From assembly GCA_046563655.1 (NCBI GenBank), contig CM102283.1, forward strand, positions 5,642,001 through 5,706,000: a stretch of 64,000 bases of DNA, read 5' to 3'. The stretch comes from Yuukianura sp. NJ FZ-2021. Lineage: Eukaryota. The position numbers and the translations under genes were made by a program. This document shows, in pieces, positions 57,601-64,000 of the stretch (position 1 is the stretch's first letter; the number at the start of each line of letters is the position of its first letter). The notes under the pieces were generated by a model that saw nothing but the letters and a program-made list of their open reading frames with translations, searched no databases and was not told the origin of the DNA.

Positions 57601-60600
57601 TGTCTCCCATTGTTCGGTTAGGTTTTGGAGAAAAAGAGAAAGTTCTTTCTCTTTTTTCTTCTTTTTGGAAGGAAGTGATCTCGAGAGGACAATAAAAGTT
57701 GGTTAGTTTGGCTCCCAGGTGAAAAGGCTTCTTCTTTTAACATATATTGATTCAGACGAAGCAAAGGGAAGTGGTGGGTGCGGTGGGTCTGCCTTGGTGG
57801 AGGATGTGGTGGGTCTCTGAATCTTTTTTTGTTGGCGGTGGTGGGTCTTTTGTTGATGGTGAAGCAACGGAAGGAGAAGAAGAGGCTGTGAAGATGGAAA
57901 AAGTTTCTGTTGAGGACGAGTAATGGCTTCGGTTGATTAAATTGGAAAATTTGAGAAGTTTCTTTTCGATAGGGGACGGCAGGAACTCTGGGAAAAACTT
58001 GGAAGTGGAACTATGTTGTCGACTTGGCTCTTTACTTTTCCTAGTCTAACACAATTCTGACATAACTTTATGTAATATGTTATGTTGTTGTTGTTTTAGG
58101 CCGTGTTGCTGGAGCGGGTCAAAGCGAGTTCGACGTCTGAAACAATCGAGTCGCTGCCGTTTACTTTATGTGGCGGGCCTGTAGGTCTCGGCTCATTTCC
58201 ACCACCACCAAGTGTTCTGCTGGCCCCTGCAAAGCCCTATAAGGGCTCACCCATAGGAACCATCTACGACCTAAGGATCTACGCTTGTAAGTACTTTTTT
58301 AACGAAAATGCTTTTGGTACAACTTTTTGGAAAATTTTGTTTTTATAGTTTTTATTTTGTTCTTTTCTAACTCATTTCCCCGATGGAGTTCCTTCTGGTT
58401 TTCAATTTCTAGGAATTTGAATTTTTTTCATTTTCAAACTTGCTTGGCTATTTCTTTTTGTTGCAGAATTGCTACGTTAATATATTTTGATATTGGGTTT
58501 CGATTTTGTGTGTGCAAAGTTCACAAAAGTATTTGGAGTTTTTGTTGATAAATTTTCACTTCAAATTCCTATATTTTCAAAAATGTTTGTTTACGTCATC
58601 GAAAAAGGGAAGACAGATCGTGAGATAGGAAGTGAAAGCAATTTCTCTACAATGCCTGAGTCCGCGATTTTTTCTCACAGAAGAAAAAGTAGGAAAGTAC
58701 AATAGTAAAAATTTAATACACAAAGCACACTCAAGTGCGTTTTCTACTACTTCAAATCAAAGCTACCAAAGCTACCACATTAAAGCTACCAAAGCATGTA
58801 AGCTTCTTAGGTTTGTTTAAAAATTGAACACAGAAAAAAAACGAAGAAAAGAGAAAATTCAGTTCCGAGTAAATTTAATAACGATACGCAGGAAGTAGGA
58901 AGTTTTTCAGGCTTCGTTTATTTTCTATAGAAAGGACGCGTGCTTTCTCCCGAAGCTTTCCCGGGAGCCAATCATATCTCTTCCTCTAATTCCGAAATCC
59001 GCGGTGATTAAATTCAAGTCCAATTCAAAACAGACTTTGAAACTTTATGTGCTCCAAGAACACAATAGCCTGGAAGTGGAACGAAGGTGTCGTTATTTCC
59101 CATTTCCCATGTCACTTTCCAATGTTTGCTTTTACTTTGGAAAGTCGTGTAAAGGATAATGACGATACTAACAAGAGGCAGCAATTTCAAAACTTCCCGC
59201 CCACGTTTCAAACTCAATTCAAGTTAATATGAATTCAGCCCGTTTTAATGAGAGTGTTTCCATGTCTCCTAAAGTTGACAATAAGGGTACTCCTTTGTCT
59301 CTTAAAGGGAGAGCGTGTGGAAGATGATGACTTCCTATCCGTTTCCTTTCATAATGGATCTTAGTTTGTGAAGACTGATGAGTCAAAGAGTCCTTCTTAA
59401 TGGGTCCCTTAATCCGCTTAGCTTCTAGAATTGACTCCAGGACGAATATCAAGGCCTAAAATGGTCTCCGGAGCGGGAAGATTTCATTTAATTAGATTCT
59501 CCCGCCCGCGTTTCTTCCTTTCGAACAGTCACTGCGGTTTGGAATTCCAGAGAAGCAGAAAGGAAGCAGTGTCACAGCAAGGTTCCCTGACAAGGAAAGT
59601 TAATTTTCTGTAACAGGTTGAGTACTATCTCGCTTGTTGACTAAAACATGAAAAAAAAAACAAATATTGCAGTACCAATATTGGTACCAATACCAATCCC
59701 AAAAATTGGTACCAATTCGTATAAAAAATTTTAAAAAAAAATTGGCTGTATTGTTATGACTAGGATGCCAGGAAATGAAAGTTGCAAAATCGCAATAACA
59801 TGATGTACCAACCTGTTAAACAAAATTAGAGTCAACAAACCTTGTGTCACCGGGATTCCAACCGTGGCCACAATTTCCACGAGATCCTACTTCAAAATGT
59901 TCCATTTCCAGTGAAAGTCTCATAAAACTTTTAACAAAAAGATCCCGTTTTCCGCACCTTTTTGGCTCAAAATACATAAAAAGCATGGAGTGTCCCATTA
60001 CGTCGCTGGAGCAGTTTGAAGCGGGAGTTGGAGTGGGTTGGATTTCAAAATAAACTTGTGATGTTGAGTGGAGGCGACTGGCGGGAGCCGTTTGTGTTGG
60101 GATTGAGTCGTTGATAGGTCTATTATTGTCAGTCAAGCGAGGAAATGGAGTTTGAGAGACGTGAGGGATATTGGACAGATTTTGGGCGGGTAGCTAAACT
60201 GTTAAGTCCACCAAAACTCATTTCGTGTTTCTATTAAGGCTTTTGACTATAGTAGATTTTTGGGGATTTGTTTTGACTGGAGTGAGAGAAAGCGGCAGGA
60301 AGTGGATCGATGTGTCTCTTGACTTGTCCTGGACTTTCTCTCGGTTGGCTTTATGGTTTCTAGCTTACTTTTTGTCTTTTGGGAGGGTGGGGTGGGTGGG
60401 GGTGGGGGTGGCAGGACGTGGGTGGGGGCAGACAACCTGTTGAAACTTTCTTGCTTGAATCAAATCGACTGTACTATAAATACGACTTTGTTTCTGTTCT
60501 AGCGGAACGACCAGAGGAAAGACCGCCGCGGAGGAACCTAATTCGCTTAGCACTGCGAGCCGTCCAAGTAATAGGAGAAAGTTGGATTTTTAAGTGATTT

Positions 60601-63124
60601 ATTATTGTTTATTATTTATAATATATTTTTATTGTGTTGTCAGATGCCATGGCTTACCAATATCCCCTATGACCTTGTCAGTTCCATCGAGACCCGCCCG
60701 ACCATACTGAGTCGTGGTAAAATCCGGGTCCACTGTGAACTGAACACCAATGCCGTCCGATACGGAGAAACACTGCAGGTCCAAGTGACGGTCCAAAACA
60801 ATTCGAGAAGTTCCATCAGGGGCATTATGGTAATCGGAAACAATTTAGAACCAATTTCTGAATAAAATTGAGTGTTACAAGAAAAGTCAACCGACATGTT
60901 TTTGTAAAAGTTGATTCAATTTTAAGACATTTGATTCAATTTTTGGAAAATTTTTGTTGAATTTCCTTACTTTGAGGTTTTGGGTAAATAAAAAATAAAG
61001 GGCGTCTGTTTTTGAAATTGTGACAGGAGGATGTTATATGCTTGACTGAAAAGCAATGTCGTTGACTAAAATATGTTTATGTTTTTTCAATTTTTTTGAC
61101 ATTTGTATGACAGGTATCTCTCATCCAGCAAGTTGACGTCTGTATGTTTACCAGCGGGAAATTCAAAAACGCCGTGGGTTGTGTGGATGACAACGTGCTG
61201 ATAGTACCCGGAGCGGCGCTTCAGAAACGCTATAGACTCGTGCCAACGCGTGGGCCTGTACTAATACAATAAATATATTAATATAATATATTTCATATAT
61301 TTATATATCATGTATATCACTAGGCTCGTCAGTGGCTAGCCCTTGAAGAGGCCTTTGGACGCGACTCCGTCCTTGCCCCTTCGACTTCCCTCGACGACAT
61401 GTTCGGAAAACCCACCGCCGTTCCACCTCCACCCACTCAAGGGCCCAACTCCTCTCGTAACGTTTTCGCAATCATCGTTTCCTACTATGTCAAGGTACAC
61501 GCAAAGTTTATGGTTATCAAAAAACGAAAACATTTTGAAAGTTTTTGGTTAAACTCCCGCCAAAAAGTTTCCCGGCACAAATTAATTCTAGGCATGACAG
61601 GCTCTGGTTTTGACGTTAACGAACTTCCTTATATAGAACGAAGGTGTCAACTTTCACAGACGTTAATTCAAATTTTTGGATTTGGGAAAGTGTGGTTTTA
61701 GAAACTTAGAAGATGAAGGCGGTTTTTTGTTCGAAAAGTAAAAAAAAAAATTAGACTCTGTTGAGACGGAAGTTTTTAGAAAACTTTAGCTTAACGTTTA
61801 GTAAAAAAGTTATAACGTTATGGCCGTGCGTCTTCTGTTCATGGATTGACTAGGTTAGGATAGGAATGACGTCCATTGTGCTTCCCTTAGGAGAGAGGAT
61901 GACGTGAGTGAAAGTTGAAGTGAGCGAGGTGGAATTCCGCTTTCACTTTTACACAAAACTCGATGAACTTTTCTTCTTTATTCAATCTTCAAAATGTCGA
62001 AGTTCAAATTCCTTTTCGTTTTTGTCTTTTTCTATTTTTTAGAAGAAACAAAAAAGTGATTTTGGCATTTTAAATAAAAATAAAATTCAAAAATGGTGAC
62101 ACGCCAGTGCTCCGAATGAATTGCCACGAAACCAATTGCTCCGAAAGACAAGGTGTTCTGAAACTGATTAAACTTACATTAAAGTGCTTAACGTCAAGTG
62201 GGTTAGTTTGTAAATCATAAGGTTACGTCTGGTTTGGTTAACAATCATGAAATTCCACTTGGTTGAGTTATAAGTCACACTATAGTTTCGGTGTAATCTG
62301 GTTTTCGGAGCAATTCATTCGGAGGAATGGCATGGAATCGTTTCTGATTGGAGGCGGAGATGTGCTTGGGTAGAATAAAGTTGTAAATCATTAAAATAAA
62401 GTTCGCAAATTACGGAAAACAAAATGCGAATTTTTAACATAACATGACTTTTAAAGAAACGCCTTTTCGTGTTGAACATCATTGCAGAGATCAATTGCAC
62501 TTAAGCAAATAAAACCCGCCTTCATTTTCATTTTAGTAATTGACACGCCAATCTCGCTTCAAGTTTAACAACAAAACCACTCCCCCCACCTCCTCCCCTT
62601 TTGATTTCATTTCAATTAACATCTCTTATTTTAGTTACTTAATTTCGTACAATTTCAGTATTTGTTAGGCTATGTTTGTCAGGTTTTATGTCCTATAATA
62701 CGCTAGGGTATGCTAGGTAAACTTAGTTAAAGTTACATTTGGCATAATCATGTTGATTAAATTTCTTTTGAACTAATAATTGCAGACCAAACTGGTGATC
62801 AGTGGGCTTTCCCTATGCCAAAGCATCAAAGTCCCCTTCGTACTTTTACCCCCGGAAAACGCAGAGCCTGATCCCTACCCCCGCTTTCCCTCTCCCCCGC
62901 CACTCCAAGTCCAGTCTCCGCCGGCCCCACCACCAACCCACCAAGCCCCACCTGCTCAAGGCCAGAACCAAGTGACTCAGATTGAAGCCACCGTGGAACA
63001 CCATCCACCAACCACCAATCAAACAGTCTCTTCACCTTCCAACCTCACTAAACTCTTTGAAAGAGTCGGACTCACTTCCAGCTCACCTTCCATTACCAGC
63101 CCTACTAAGAAAACTACTTCCTGA
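48692..63124 (+). CDS. Arrestin-family protein, 8 exons (48692-48939, 55790-56111, 58100-58286, 60503-60567, 60644-60829, 61114-61257, 61324-61494, 62786-63124)
   Basis: RVYKKCASNGSLAVYVG, FRYGREDEEVLGLRFC, PPSVLLAP, VTVQNNS, WLALE, IIVSYYVK|TKLV, PFVL. All junctions are GT-AG and in phase. Exon 1 is assigned on phase compatibility only. Confidence 0.88.
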
Positions 63125-64000
63125 ACGACCTTTGACCTTTAGAGGGCATTGACCTTTTGGAGAAAGGTCATTGACCTTGTACTTCGGAGCTGTAAAAACG
63201 AAATGTGCTGGACTCTGTGATGTTCGTGGGCAATGCACTAGGAAGAACATTATCAATATTATGAAGTTCCAAAATTCTACTTTGCCAAAAACTGTTCAAA
63301 ACGCCCGGGGGCACTTTTGGCTAAAAACGGTTCTGGAATCTGATTACGCTTAAAATCAAACAAACTGAACCAAACATAACATGGAAAAGGGTTTTTTTAA
63401 AAGTTTAGAACAAGTAAAAAGTAATAAGAATACATAAAATTTTGATTTCATGAATTTGTAAGTGTTAACTACCACACCCAAAATGTTTTGAAGTTTACTG
63501 AAAACCAAAATGCGGGAAACACAAATAAAACCGCGAATTTTAGAAATAAGGGATGAGATCTCGTTTTTGTTTTGATCTTGTCAATATTTTAAACCTGAAT
63601 TAAATAAAATTACAATTAATTAATTACAATTAACTCTGTTCATACCATATCAATAACAAAAGTAACCTCAATCAATTAAATAAGGAATAAAATGATCTGG
63701 GAATTGATGAAAGAAAAAAACTTTAATTTTTTAAAATTAATTGTGTGTTTTTTGATTACGTTCTGCGGAAATTCCGTTGGGGCAAGTTGAGACAATTGAC
63801 GCATTTAGGCTTATTGACGCACATCTTAAAATTTTTGCAAAAATTTCCTGAAATTCCTTAAGTTTTAGGAAATGAGTTGACGATTAACTTGACCTGTGAC
63901 CTTGGTTAAGCAAAACTTATTCTTAAGCGTTTCTCATCACCGTCATAATAAGATACGGAAGTTGACGTTGGCAGGTTAAGTGGATGAGTTACGATTTGAT

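Noticed and set aside
48950-62780. Many 60-130-aa ORFs inside arrestin introns
   Set aside because: F/K/L-rich translations typical of AT-rich non-coding DNA, mostly with non-ATG starts.

Overview
AT-rich eukaryotic DNA with spliceosomal introns. The gene set and TTAGG-like tracts fit an arthropod, but the species cannot be fixed from this window. The left ~39 kb is a nest of mobile elements. (1) A complete 15.3-kb minus-strand Ty3/gypsy LTR retrotransposon (3190-18508) has ~99% identical ~0.9-kb LTRs, a CTGTA target duplication, a tRNA-Tyr-type PBS, a PPT and a damaged gag-pol. It carries an ~8-kb block between PBS and gag with ANTISENSE cargo genes: an intact F-box-like ORF and a spliced Cys/His-rich gene. 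(2) It is inserted into a decayed, intron-containing gene cluster (chromodomain-like+ZnF, F-box-like+SET, BED/C2H2 ZnF, a 299-aa orphan) that ends in a Polinton/Maverick-type integrase. The cargo F-box ORF shares a protein-conserved segment with the SET gene of this cluster. (3) The 3' half of an env-bearing gypsy-type element has an unusual Env. (4) There is also a LINE fragment and several MITEs. The right ~25 kb is host gene territory: a divergent, apparently secreted catalase-like gene, a MIC26/MIC27 (ApoO-family) gene, pasha/DGCR8 and an 8-exon arrestin-family gene. All calls are by eye; no searches were run.
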